Shown here in pieces: positions 41,101 through 53,796 of a stretch of 64,000 nucleotides of DNA (the first letter of the stretch is position 1; each line of letters starts with the position of its first letter). A model generated the notes under the pieces. The model had not been told where the DNA came from. It was given only the letters and a program-made list of their open reading frames with translations, and did no database searches. A program made the position numbers and the translations under genes. This DNA is from Guillardia theta CCMP2712. Its lineage: Eukaryota > Protista > Cryptophyta. Location of the stretch: NCBI RefSeq assembly GCF_000315625.1, contig NW_005434638.1:108107-172106 (forward strand), read 5' to 3'.

Positions 41101-43095
41101 TGCTGTCTCGATGAGAAAGATTCGAAACTCTTGATACACATCTGCTTCCAAGATGTATTCTCTTGAAGACGACGAGGCATATGCCTCGTCTAGGGTCTTG
41201 TGGATTGTTTTCTTCCCCGCATTCAACACAAGAATCGGCACCGACTGGTCTGAGAAGTGGTCCCAATCGCAGATCTTGATCTTGATAGCGATGGAATACT
41301 TGCATACACGAGACAAAATCTCTCGGAATTCACACTTCAAGGCGTTTTCAGTTGTTCGGTCGCTCGAGTATTCAAGCAGGAAGTGGATTGTAGGCTCCTC
41401 CGTCCTGGAGGCATCCTTGTCCTTTGCAAACCCGAAGTCCAACATATACTGTACTTGTTCTAACCCACTGTTGCATTCTCCGACATATTCAAGTAAATCT
41501 TCGCTCTTGATTTCGGTACTTCCTTGACCAGGAAATGAAATAATGATTCGACCAATTTGTTGCAAGTACCCAATAGAAATCTTCTTTTCAACCATCTTGC
41601 AGAATTCTGGTGAGATTTCATACTTTCCCTTGACCAATCCTGCACGATCATATACTTTGATTTGGACCAAAGAATGCTCATTCCATATGTAACTTGGAAT
41701 GTTAGTTATGGTGGTTATCTATGTTGCAATTATCAGTTCACATCGAGAATAAGACAAGAAAGATAACCGAGATATGTGTATTCAAAGCATATTCTTGATT
41801 GCTGTACACGTTAATCGTCGTCAAGATTCGACAGAAATTTTTCAAATAGAGCATTTCATACCTGTGATGGAAATTTGTTGACGAAACCATCTTGTTGTTC
41901 GTGATTCTATCGATTTGATCTGAAAGATCCTTCTCATTCTCTCATCGTTCAATGGAATTTTGTTGAAGTTCTACCTTTGGCTGTAGTGGAAGATTGAGGT
42001 CGTACATCACTCACATTCATAACTCTACAACATAATGTAACATGTGCTGTTTCGCCATATTTGTCTTCTAGTTTTTCGCCATTTCCCTTGGAGAGTGCAT
42101 ACCTGAGATTCGAATTGTCAGCTGATACCCCCGGTATGTAATCAGCGATACGTAAAGATTGAAAAGCGTTCACATGACATACCTTCTTGATCCTGCAAAC
42201 GAATCGCATATGCTTGCATTGGAATGCGCAAAGTGAAGTCCATTCACAACGGAATGGACATCCTGAAAGTCTTGAGCGATGGTAGAAACTGGGAGTCTTA
42301 ATGAACCTATTGCATCACATCAGTACAATAGGGCGAGAAGATGTAACGGATTGACCGATCATATCGTCCTTGTACGTCGAATTCCATTTCCACAGAATGA
42401 TTGAGATGCTGTCGTCTTCTTGCATGGTAAATTCAAAGCTTTCAAACCAGAGGGGACACCCAAGGAATTGTTCCCTTTCTGTATTGAAGTGATGATCTTG
42501 ACTATGCAGCGAGAAAAACCTGGACTTGATCGTCACTTTCGGGCTGAAAACGTTAAAACGTACAGTTCAGCAGGCTTGAGGTCTTCAGGGATTGGAATGT
42601 TACTTGCTGACAGGATCATAACCCTAAGAGACATGTATCTGTTGAATCGAGGACTATCTGTCGTCCTTCCTACAACCAATTCACTTCTCTGTTGTTGACT
42701 CCCCATGTTGTGTGCTGTTTCCTAGTGGGCAGACCAAATTCAGTGATTCCGCCACTAGAGCGCAATGCCAAGATTACCTGTACACTATTTGAAAGAGTTT
42801 CACCTGCCTTTCCTCCCCTCAGGATATGGCGCCATTGTTCTGCCACATCCATGGACTGGAAGAAGAAAGAGACATGTTCGAATCTAGCGGGATTTACCAG
42901 CACAAGCTTGTTCTTCTTGCTGTATCGTTCATCAATCATCCAAGAAGACAGTTCGAAGGATTCGGCATCTTCAACAGAGTATTCATTCTTGTTCAGCATG
43001 ACAATCTTGCCTGGCAGCATCTCGATGATCGAGTCCTTCTCTCCTCCCCCGCCTATCCCTCGCGCTGCCTTCACTTCCTCCCTCATCCGCGACAT
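38172..43095 (-). CDS. Large multi-C2-domain protein (possible N-terminal PH-like region); multi-exon, boundaries approximate
   Basis: C2-like motifs in successive exons: 'FESFEFTMQEDDSISIILWKWNSTYKDDMIG', 'VWNESFIKDV' and 'FNETFRFLL...EIGKV'. Confidence 0.55.
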
Positions 43096-43382
43096 CCCAT
43101 GACACTCCGATCAACCCCGATGGGTGGGGTAATTTTGGTGTTATACAGGGGGGTAGGGGTCATCAGGACCGACAGGACGCTTGGTCTGCTTCTTTTCATG
43201 GCAGGACGCGACACAACGGGGGGAGGAAGAGACGAGTAAGAGGCGATACTTCATCTGATGTATGCATAAGGTCATGCAGAGATGATGGCATGACTCGAAA
43301 GTTCTAGTCTAAGTGAGGATCTACTTCTCTACGAAACATCGACACGGTCCTGCTTGTTCGCCCAGATCTCGATTCTTACCCT

Positions 43383-44660
43383 TCAAAATGCCATCCACCT
43401 TGCGTTGCAACGTATTATCCTGTTTGAGTCATTCTGACTCCGTTCTAACAAACAAGATGCGAAAGGATTATCCATTGGCTGGATCCGCATGGCTGAGGGA
43501 AACCCTAGTCGCTGCAAGGTAGCCAAGTCTCTTTCTTGATCTTGTTCGTCAAAGGCTGTGCAAAGAAATGGCGCAGGACGTGAACTGCGATTTCTCAGCT
43601 CTAAAACGTTGTTTAGCGTCTGTTCCCATGGCTGAAAATCCGTCCCAATGCCAGGGTTGAGCATGACAAGCAAATCGGCCTGCCACATCGTCAAAATCCA
43701 ACTAATACCTGAAACAACATAAATTCACTTCGGAGCTTCGAAGTTTCTTGTTAGCAAGGAATTCGTCATATGAGCATTGGTGTAAGGATGCAGCGAGATT
43801 TGAGCAAAGCGTGATATTCTAGAAAACAAGCGAGTCACACTCGTGCTTGAAGTTTCAGCGCTTGTCACCGGATGAATAATCGCTCTGGCAGAAAGTTCTG
43901 GCCCAATCAAATGGAGCCGAATATTGCAATGCGGCAACAGCGCTCCAATTTCAATCCAATAGGTAAACAAGAGAGTTTCTTCCTTTGTAGCACAGCAAAG
44001 TCAACACAAGTCTCGTCATGTATTTGAATCAATGCAGGAAAACCTGGCTTGCAGCCCCAACGACATGGATCTGTGCGCCAATACATCATTCAAAGTAGAG
44101 TGAGATCAAGCAAAACATTACCTCCAAGCGTCGCTTCTCTACACTTTCATTCGCTTGTTCAATTTGAAGGACTTCCAGTCCTTTCAGAATAGTGAGCGGG
44201 CCGGTGTAAGCAGCAGTGAGCATGGTCATTAGCCTTTTGTTCTTGTAATCCAATTTTGGTTGCCTATCAAAGCCTCGATTTCCGAAGTAATGGCCCCACG
44301 ACCTTAAGACAGTTTCCCTTGATTTTCGAAAGACCTGTGAAGGCAATGCAAATTTAAGCCTGGCGTGATCGCCCTGTTCTTCCATCTCAACGAGTTGCAT
44401 TCTTTCATCGTGGCTGGTTGGCAGAGATAGGATGGAATTGATCATTGTCGAAACATCATTACTTTGTTGAGAGCTGGTGGAAAAAGGCAACCTACGTACT
44501 TGATGTCGCCAGATTCTCTGACAGCATTTGCGGATCCGAAAGCTCATTTTCCTCAGGTATCTCAAGATCTAATGTTGCACAGCGTTAGTCTTCGAGACCC
44601 TCCTGATTCCATGAAACAGCATCCAGCATGAAAGGGTCCCCCGCTCCTCCTCGCCATTCC
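43383..44660 (-). CDS. MSS51 C-terminal-like domain protein; multi-exon, start uncertain
   Basis: 'GPLTILKGL', 'IHVVGA', 'LHLIGPEL', 'DLLVMLNPGIG...WEQTL', 'FLCTAFD' and 'NPFAS'. Confidence 0.6.
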
Positions 44661-45693
44661 AACCCTCTTCTCAATGGCGCCACTGCTCCACTGGTGGACT
44701 GGATCCTGCCATGCAACTCCAACCAAACTTTGGAACTCATGACTGAAACAAGGTATTGTTTTACATCAAAGTTTGGGCGTCTAGAAGTTTGAAACCTCTT
44801 AAAAATCAAAAAAACAACTTTTATGTTCGTACACGGTAATAATACAGCGTTTTTAGATATTATTTTCAGTATGGAAGAAATATTTTCGGTAATCTTATCT
44901 GCTATAAATAATTTATTTTCTATTTTAAGTTTTGATACCATTTTTAACATCAGAGGACGGCCCTGCTGGTACACACCTCCCGAATCTCCAATCGAAGTAA
45001 GATCTTTTCGAATAATCCCTGGTACCTACCCCACCCCAACTTGCAAGATAAGGCCCATCGTAAAGATGGGGTGCATTTACTACAGGGGTGCTTCACAATA
45101 GGAAAAGGGGGGTACTGAGCGATATTCTGTATTTTGCGAGGTAGGGGTAGCCATCATGGGGGTATAACATGGGGTAGGGTCCACAATGAAGTCTCCATTC
45201 GAGGTCATAATGGGGGTAATAGACTGCTCTAGAGGGTAGGGGTCACCAAAGATACGGGTGGGGGTCATTCCTCAGTCATACTGGAAATCCGCCCCTCAAG
45301 TGATGATCCGGATCCTGAACGACTGATAACACCCTAGTTGTACTACCCCACCCCCTATTTTCCACACTTTATGCATATCTTGTGACCCGTCCATTGAGAT
45401 ACTTCACTACTGATCCACCCTACCCCTCAATCGACTTAGCACCCATCGAATACTCAAGCACCCCTTTTGTCTGAGTACCCATGACAATCGTACCCACCCC
45501 TCATCTCATCACAACCCACCAGGTATGCTGATCATCACAACTATGAAGTTTGTAACCACCCCTTCCCTAATTATTGTATTGTCGTCTACACGGTATTGAC
45601 CCCTACCACCTAAATGAGACAACCCCACCCTACGAATCCCCCCTCCCTCGGCCTCTTCTTTCGTCTTCCTCCTGCCGCTGCGTCCACTGCAAC

Positions 45694-46649
45694 ATGCACG
45701 CGTCATCGCGCATCATTCCCCTCGTCCTCCTGCCCCTCCTCCTCCCCTCCTCCCAGGCTTTCCTTCCTCTTACAACTCCAGTCACCTCATCTGTGTCTAG
45801 TCTTGCTGCTTCTAGATCGCTTCCCCTGAAGGCGCGAACTGCGAGCTCATGTAGAAGATCAGTTGTCGTTCCGGTGATGTCGTCAGCCGTCAAGATCCCC
45901 ATCACTATCAGCGGAAACAATGTGGAGGTACGAGTTCTTCCGACTATACATGATGTTCAGGATGTGTGACACTTATGTTTTCCTTAGCTCACCCCTGCAC
46001 TGAAACAGTACATTAACGAGAAGCTCACAAACACTCTATCGAAAGTTGGCAGACTTGTGACGCGATGTGATGCCCATCTCACGGTCGATAAGAACCCATC
46101 CGTTGAGAACAATGCCAACTTCGAGGTCGTTGTCTCGGTCAAGGGAACAGTCATGAGAGCGTCGAAGTCCACGCACGACATGTATGCGAGCATTGATGCT
46201 GTTGCGGACTCAGTGAAGAGGAAGCTGCGCAAGTACAAGGAGGTTGTTTGATTGGATCCCACATGTGTTTCGAAGTGAATTTCTATTTGCAGAGGATTAT
46301 TGATGCTCACCGCCAAGGCAAACCTGAGGCGATGGGATTCGACGAGGAGGAGATCCAGGTAAAGATGCGGCATGACCATTCAAGGAATGTAATTCTTGCT
46401 TTGTAGGGCTTCAAAGATTTCACTCAAGAAGTCGCCAAGATGGAAAACAGTCTCCCAGTGCCTCCTGCAGACATGTCCTTGATGAAGAAGAAGACTTTTC
46501 CCATGGAACCGATCTCCGTTGAAGATGCTGTCTTGTGCCTCGATTACATCGAGCATGATTTTTATGTCTTCAAGAACAAGGAGAATGGCAAGATTGCTGT
46601 TGTCTACAAGCGCAATCATGGTGGTGTCGGTCTAATTGAGCCACAATAA
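45694..46649 (+). CDS. PSRP1: Plastid ribosome hibernation factor PSRP1/HPF (S30EA / sigma54-modulation family); 4 exons
   Basis: Leader ...LLLPSSQA-FLP (signal + Phe), 'ITISGNNVELTPALKQYINEKL', 'DMYASIDAVADSVKRKLRKYKE' and the C-terminal domain 'KKTFPMEPISVEDAV...HDFYVFKN...VVYKRNHGGVGLIEP'. Confidence 0.92.
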
Positions 46650-46839
46650 TGTGAATAAAGCGCGTTTTCACTTCATCTTGCCGGTTGTTGTGTGATATAC
46701 CAATCGATCATCTCGCAACAATTTGTAGGTACAACAAGGATGTTGCTATCCAAGCACGTAAAAATGATCTTAACCGTCGCTCGAGAAAAAAACCCTGAAT
46801 GGCAGATTCATTAGACCTAACCCATCCTCACTTTGGTGC

Positions 46840-48403
46840 CTACCTGCGGCGTGATTGTTTGTTCGAATGGATAGGCGACGGTGAATTCGGCTGATATGTA
46901 CTTTCAGGAAAGTCAGGAAAGAAAGCACAAACCTTGTTCAGCGGTGATGTTACGCTTGCGTGAGGAGATGACAAAGAAGCGTTCCTGTCATAATATTTCT
47001 CCTTTGTCTGTTACGCAACATAAGAGACCAAAGACAAAGATCACTTCTCACCCATCCGTATTTACGTTTCAATTCTGCGCGACAAAATTCGTTGGTTGCA
47101 ACATTTGACAGTGCAGCTTCCGCTTGATATAGAACTGATTCTTTCCTGCAAAGTCTTTAAATATCAGCTTTCCAGCTAGCTAGCACAGTACCTGCACGAG
47201 CCGATGATTTGTATCAAAGCATTCACTCCACCACATCTGTACATCCTCAAACAGTTGGAATCTGACCTGTATTTGCACCTTTTTCAGTCACAACCCATTC
47301 GGTAAAATTGACAACTTATGAGCAATATTTCGAAGAAATCGAATTGCTTCCTCAATGGCCTTCATATTATTTTCCTACCAACCGGTCACAATTTCAAAAG
47401 CTCGAATTGTCCTGGAGTTACAGCTTTGTTACAAACAGCCACGGCTGCTTCAATGCCTCCATGCTGTGCAATTTCATCCTTCAAACCGATCCCGCATGAC
47501 ATGTGGGCTAGAGCAGAGCAAGCCTTCTCGATGACAGCGGGAGGATAATTGTCGTCGACATACTCGATGAGAATCCTTATACCTGTTAAAGTGTTCATTA
47601 GAACCCTCTAGCAGCATCCAAAGAAGTGATATCGTGCCTTCTGTTTGAACCAAGACTTGTCGAGCGATTGAATTCTTGATACAAAAATTTGATATTGACG
47701 CCAAGGCATGCTCAAGAGCAGCAAAAGCTTTGGTTTTTTGGAAAGATTTGATGATTTGAATCATAGCTTCGAGAGCACCGCAATCGAGTAAATCGTTCTT
47801 AAGCTCCTTGTCTCGCGAGAGAATCCGTATTCCTCCGGCAATATTGCGAGCCAAGTCCTGGGTTAGCCAAGATTTGTAGCACCAGGAGAAAAGCATGGCG
47901 TAAGCATCTTTGGAGACAGTCTCCTGAAAATTGGGCTTTACAGATAGTATATTCAATGCCATGTTCTCGTAGACGCGCAGCATACCAAACGATCTAAAAT
48001 CTCCACGACCCCCGAGTCCCATCAACTCTTCAAATTGACCATCCGTTGCAAGTCTTTCTCGAAGCCTCGCGTGGCATCTTGTCAGTTCGTCTTGTAAGTG
48101 GGCAATGCATTCCTTGTGCTGCCTTTCGCTATGTACAATCTTCTCTTGTAGTCTTTCAATCTCGATGTTCTTTTCCAACGTCCTCTTACTGAAGCCACTT
48201 TTCCTCAGAAAGACGCTCGTATCGCTCTCATATCCTTCATTGTTTGTACAACTCATTGAGTTGTAACTTGAAGATGAGAGTACTCTCAGGAAATTGTCTG
48301 TTTGCATTGATGAATCTTTGTACACTGGCATTGAAAATCGAGATACACAACAATCGCTTCTGCCAATTTCATCTATTGTACCCACGACTGCAAGATCATA
48401 CAT
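46840..48403 (-). CDS. Armadillo-repeat protein; multi-exon, may start further upstream (~48690)
   Basis: ARM-like units: 'CGALEAMIQII...EHALASISNF', 'EKACSALAHMS...HGGIEAAV' and 'CGGVNALIQII...AEAALSNVA'. Confidence 0.65.
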
Positions 48404-49824
48404 CTCTTCTTAGATGCATTCCCAATAATGCGCAACAAGAGTCTCCGTAGAACTGCAACAAGAAACACATAACATTAGAGGAGTGAAACAAATGTGTCCT
48501 TGTCAGCCAACATCCCTCTCAGACTCTCCTTCGATCACGCAATCTCTCGGTGCTTCCACTTTGAGAAATATGTCCCCTTTACCGACAGACAGGATCACAA
48601 GCAACCGAAAAGAAGACAAATGGTTTGAATCCCATCTACACTTGTATCGTGATTGGTCTTCCTTTCCTCATCTAGTTCTTGTTTTCCACCTCTCCCACGA
48701 ATGTTGCGTCATTAATTAATCTCAAAATTCGCCCCGTGTGCCCCGCGCTCACCTGGCTTGGGGCTCACGATGCTGAATTCCTGAGTTGCAGTCTAAATAT
48801 CACACCTCGTGTCAGCATTTCGCGTTCTCTGCATGCTCAAATCTCCGACCTCTCGCAGTCTCGTTCTTCACCCCTGCCTCCCCCGCTCTCCCTCTTTCTC
48901 TCCCCCACCATCCCCTCCTCATCAACTATTCCCCGCAATGCTCCAACAACCTCAACAAACTGTTTCCTTAACTACCGCCATCCGACCCCCTACCCCCCTC
49001 CCTTCCCTCCTTCACCCCTACTCCTACCGCACTTCCGGGGGTGCACCCCGGACCTCCTCCCCGCGGCTTTTGCGAGACCCCACCTCCCCCTCACCCGTTC
49101 TCCTTCCACCCAGTGCCACCCTGGACACCCACCCCTATCAACTACCTATGAATCGACCCATCTCAGTCAAAACACTCTCTTCGCGCCCCCCTACCCACCC
49201 TCTTGCCACTCGCTCTGGCATATCCGCAAATTCCGGCTCATGATCCGCGGGCTGGCTGAGTTTTACCTGCCACCGTGACGCCCGCGACCCGGTACGCGGC
49301 CCGATCGGACGACGATTTGGCCGGGCAACGAAACTTGCAGGACTTTACTCGGTTTGACACCGACGGTCACTGAGTCATCGAGCCGGGCTCGGCCGGGCGG
49401 CCCACTGGCCCGCCGTCTGCGTGCGTACCTGTCCCCGGACGCTGCCAGGCTTTTGTGAACTTCGGAACCGGAACTGCGTTCTTGACGGTCCGATCGGAAC
49501 TTAGGTGGGGGATGACTCAGAGGCGACCGTCGCTCCGCCTCAGGCAGGCACGCCGCGGCACGGTGATGAATTTCCGACTCGGATGATCGTTGTTCGAATT
49601 CCTGAAGCCCTGCCAAAGCTAGCTTTGCATCTCATTCATCAAAAGATATATCCTCTGAAAGTACCCCTATCAACCCCCACCGTTGTACGCCGAATCACCC
49701 CTTCCCAGAACCTAGTACGGGAGTATCTTTTCCAGTAGGGTACTACCCCCCCCTGTTCCCACACTGAGATACCTCGACGGTCCAAGTACTCCGGTCATCA
49801 TCACCGTCATTTCCACAGGACCCC

Positions 49825-52800
49825 CACGGGGGTGGAACTCCTCTTTTACCGGTATTAGGACGGGTACTTTTCCAATCCTTTTTACAGGGGTGGGGTAGTA
49901 GAATTTGTTGGGAATCGCAATGGCGATCCCGCGACAAACTGTTTCGAGGATGAATATCTCAAGAATGAAAATCTGTACAATGCAAAACAAACATTTTGTA
50001 TTTAGAGATACATACAAATTGTCATTCTCTATACTTGTTCGCTTTGTACACGTCTTAATTTTTGACATTTTGTCCTTTCTATCTCTTCTTCCGTAGACTT
50101 ACAACCAGACAAAGTTCGTAAACCCTGAAATCTAGGCATTTGTCCTGTGAATCCTCCTCGTGTATCCAAAGATTGAGTATGTATACGTTTCCGAGATCGA
50201 GGTTGGGACCTGCACTCATTCTCTTTGTCCCGTGTTCCTTCCTCTGCGTTGAAAAGCGTCTTCTCCCCGCGTGGTCTGCTAAGAATGATTCGCTTTTTTG
50301 AGTGGTCATACACAAAAGGCAGATTGGGATCGAATTTTTTTGAGAGCTCAGTGCATGCTTTGTTGAATTTCCTCAAGAAATCTTTCTTGTTCAAATGACC
50401 TATCAAAGACCAGAGGTTTTCAACGCTGTCTGTGCAGAGCGTCCGTGCATTGAAGTCATACTCCTTTTCACCCAACACACCTTTGTTGTTGCTCAAATAA
50501 CTCTGTATCTGTAGATGTGTGTCCATGGCTACAATCAGTCCTTCGAAGGTTACAGATGACAACCCCCTCATGTGCCTCTTGCCCACCCTCATCCAATCCA
50601 CATCTCTTAGAAGCCAGGTTCGAGCTCTAAGAATGAGATTTCTTCTTTCAGACTTGGTGAGGCCTCTCTCGTCGAAAGCTCTGTGAAGGCCGTTCATTGC
50701 TTCTGCCATTCTTGCTGTTTCAATGTGTCCCTCTGCATTCAGAAGCGATATGGCCTTGCTGCTGAACATTTTTAACATGATATCCACTGATTGAGGGTCC
50801 GTGCACCCATCGACTTCCAGCTGCGTTAGCCATGACGAATTCTTCTTGGAAATATCAGTGTACGCAGCATGCCATGTTTTAGCCTCTTGCTGTGCAGTCG
50901 GGTTTCTCCCCGAGCCAACCGTGTGCCTGACATTCTTCAGTAAATGATTGATACATGGCGCAAAGAAAAGTAGCTTCTTCGTGGTTGGAGAGATAACAGG
51001 GTTTGACAGGTACTCGTTGAATTGAAACCTAATCTTGTTTGGATCAAATTCTTCCAATCCATCTGTGATCAATCGTTCGAGCTCCCAAGGCGTGAATTTG
51101 GCTGTTTCATTCTCTGCAACCCCTTGTTGTATAATGCTATCATATCCATACCGTCGGCAGAAGATGTGGATTCTGCTGTACATCTCGTTCAAACAGGCCT
51201 TAGTTCTGGTGGCAGGAGAACACTGCAATTTCTTTTCTCTCTGGACCTGCCATATCAATTGGTTCCTCCTCAAACTCAAGACGAATTTCTCTATTTGGGC
51301 AAACTCTGCAGTGTTCATGTGCATTATTCCAGATCGAGTTCGAATTGTCACTTGGGACAAGTCAGGTCCATCATATTGGTTCATATTCAGCAAATTGCAT
51401 TCTCTCTCTACTTCCTGTGCAGTAATGGCTGGTTCAAAGTCGAATACGCATGAAATGTATGATGCGATCTCTGAGCATATCTGTGATATGCTCAGCTTCT
51501 GGGCCTCTTGTTTGATAGCCTTCACCTCCGTTATGAATGTGCTTGGATTGTTCACGTAGTAATTCCTGTATATGCAAGAAAACTCGCCGTCAAAAGACCA
51601 GACATTGAAAATAATTCCACGCTCGTGAGCCTCCTTTGTAACGGCTTCCAATATTCGAAGACCTTCAGAGGCACTTAAACTTTTGGTTGAAAAACCAATG
51701 TACATGGGGACAGGGGGTGTGCTCGCACATCCATCTTGTGCAACCACACTGATGGCATCTTCAGCCAGTTCAGCAACTGTATGCTTGTAAAATTTCTCAT
51801 TGTACTTGTACAACTCGTTTTGAAGTTCTGATTCGTTGACAGGCAGATCGCCATTCGCCATTCCCTCCAGTTTTCCTATCAATCGAGGAATTTCTACATC
51901 CATCTGTTCACAGCCTTCAATTACTGTCTTGAGGTAACGTTGATGTGGTGTGAACCTGACATCCTCTGGAGATTCGCCTCCGGTTCTATGCTTGGCAACA
52001 AATGCATTTCGAACCTTCTTGTATGCTTGCTCCATATCACTCTTCCTCTGATGCACACTCTGTTGATCGGATCTCAACATGCCAACCAGCTGTTCGCTGA
52101 TATAGTGTTCTGTCTTTCCTGTCAAACAAAACTTTTCCTTGCGATCTTCAAGCAGGTCAAGTCGCTGAGCCAAGTCAGGTTCATGACTTGTTATACCCCC
52201 CAGATCTGCTTCACATTCCTCAAACACAGAACAAAATCCTGCATTTATCATTGTTTTGTCGATCGCACAACAGTTCACTCCAGTCTGACAATGCTCAGGA
52301 TTCATTCGACGGAATTCATCCATCATAAATGTGCACACTCTGGACCTATCATTGCCATGCAGTTTCATGAGATGCCTATCTCGTTTCTGAAGAGTGGATG
52401 TGGATGGCAGAGGTAAGTTGTGTAACATCTGGTCCGCATCAAAAGTTCCAGTATTTTTGTTCCCCGGCCCTGTGAGCAAGCGATATAGACCTGAGGTGCC
52501 GACATTCCAAATTGATGCAGCGAAACTCATGACTTGCTCAGAGTATCGCATGCCTCTAGTGTCCTTTGTTCGAAAGCCTTGTCGTATCCAGTCGCTCACT
52601 ATGAATGGCATGATGGGGTGTTTGCTCTTCATGCCATCTCCTTCCTGACTGGCGAACATTACGACATCTGAAACTATGTCGGGAAGCTCAGCAGAACGGA
52701 GGTTATCCATCGCCCTTTCAACATGGCAGATGGTGAGAAAGCACTTGGCAGTAGGACTTTCGTCATTGGATTCTTCAAGAGACTCATGCTCTTCAAGAAT

Positions 52801-53796
52801 GCTTCGGATGAAATCACGTCTATCCTCCAATGGCATTGACTTGAAGTTCTCGCACATTGTATGTGCGAGGAGAGCGAATGCTGTTTTGATATTGCTGTTC
52901 TGGTCTTGGCCAATATGTTCAGGCCTTACATACCTGCATGTGGCATGTCAGTGCTCTGGTGCATTCCAGCTCGCTGGTTACCTTGAGTGATAATCGTGTA
53001 TTTGCTTTTGTAGCTCGTCAACAGTGTCATAGTGCGAAGTGGCCCAATGTCTGATTTTCTTACACAATGCCTTTTGCTTTTGCCGATGATTCTTTACTTG
53101 AATTCGAAGCTTTTGCGCGTCTATGTGCAGCTGGAATTGATCATGATGCATTTTGGCATCTGCTCCTTGTTGAAACGAGGTGAAGTAATGAAGGAAACAA
53201 TTTTTGAAGCCCTCTGCATTCTGTCCAAAGAGGTCACCTAGAAGCGTCAACTTTGCTCGCACATGAGAAGTGTTGATGGTGTGCTGGCTCAGCTTGAGAT
53301 AACTAGCCGCTACTTGTAGCAAGCTATCATCCGCGTCGCTTATCTTCAACGTTGCGTGCCCGATGTTTTGCAGAAAATGTAACAATTTCAGCACCAATGC
53401 GTCAGTGAACACTGCATAATCCTGTACAGTTTTCAAGTCGATGTCTTTGAAAGCCCGTCGACAACGTGAACAAGCTTTGATGCAGTGTTGAGGGATCGTC
53501 CGAATACTGTTCGTACTGTATCTCGTCTTACAAATAGGGCATTCCTCTCTGTCTGCTGTCGTCTTGCTCATGGCAAGGATGCAGTGCAGATTGCCCGCCA
53601 AAATTCGGATTTGAATTTCTCCCCATGGCGCGTCATAGATCTTGCATCGTTGCCTTATACCCCCTGCATGACCACCGCCCTCGATGTGCATCGCGGTCGA
53701 TGGGAGGGGTATTTAACTGAAAATTAGTACCAGGTATGGGCTAGAGGCAGTGGTTGGCCCGCGGATGAGATCGAATATAGTAGTTCCACCCCCGTG
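49825..53796 (-). mobile_element. Full-length P-superfamily-like DNA transposon (3,972 bp)
   Basis: Perfect 15-bp TIRs: CACGGGGGTGGAACT at 49825-49839 and AGTTCCACCCCCGTG at 53782-53796. Each is immediately flanked by CAGGACCCC (49816-49824 and 53797-53805). The element contains a transposase gene. Confidence 0.9.
50029..53571 (-). CDS. P-element-like DDE transposase; 2 exons (53571-52982 and 52933-50029), 1,164 aa (1,204 aa from the ATG at 53691)
   Basis: A 48-nt GT-AG intron (52981-52934, with CTGAC branch point) joins ORFs 52978-53691 and 50029-52857 in frame (...DYHSR|YVRPEH...AHTMCENF). P-type motifs: 'GMRYSEQVMSFA...LPLPSTSTLQK', 'IDKT' (D1), 'SFDG' (D2), 'CINHLLKNVR', 'DPQSVDIMLKMFS' and 'RTLCTDSVENLWSLI' (E). 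Confidence 0.85.

Noticed and set aside
43380-43390. TGA after 'RWMAF' in the MSS51-like gene as possible selenocysteine/readthrough
   Set aside because: No redox motif context or recognisable SECIS; an ordinary stop or alternative splice explains it.
49903-49938. Imperfect hairpin inside the transposon downstream of the transposase stop
   Set aside because: Short and bulged; cannot be distinguished from chance without other copies.
50029-52857. Intronless lower-GC ORF as a possible endogenous virus/HGT gene
   Set aside because: Better explained as a transposase: DDE motifs, TIRs, TSD and a host-type spliceosomal intron.
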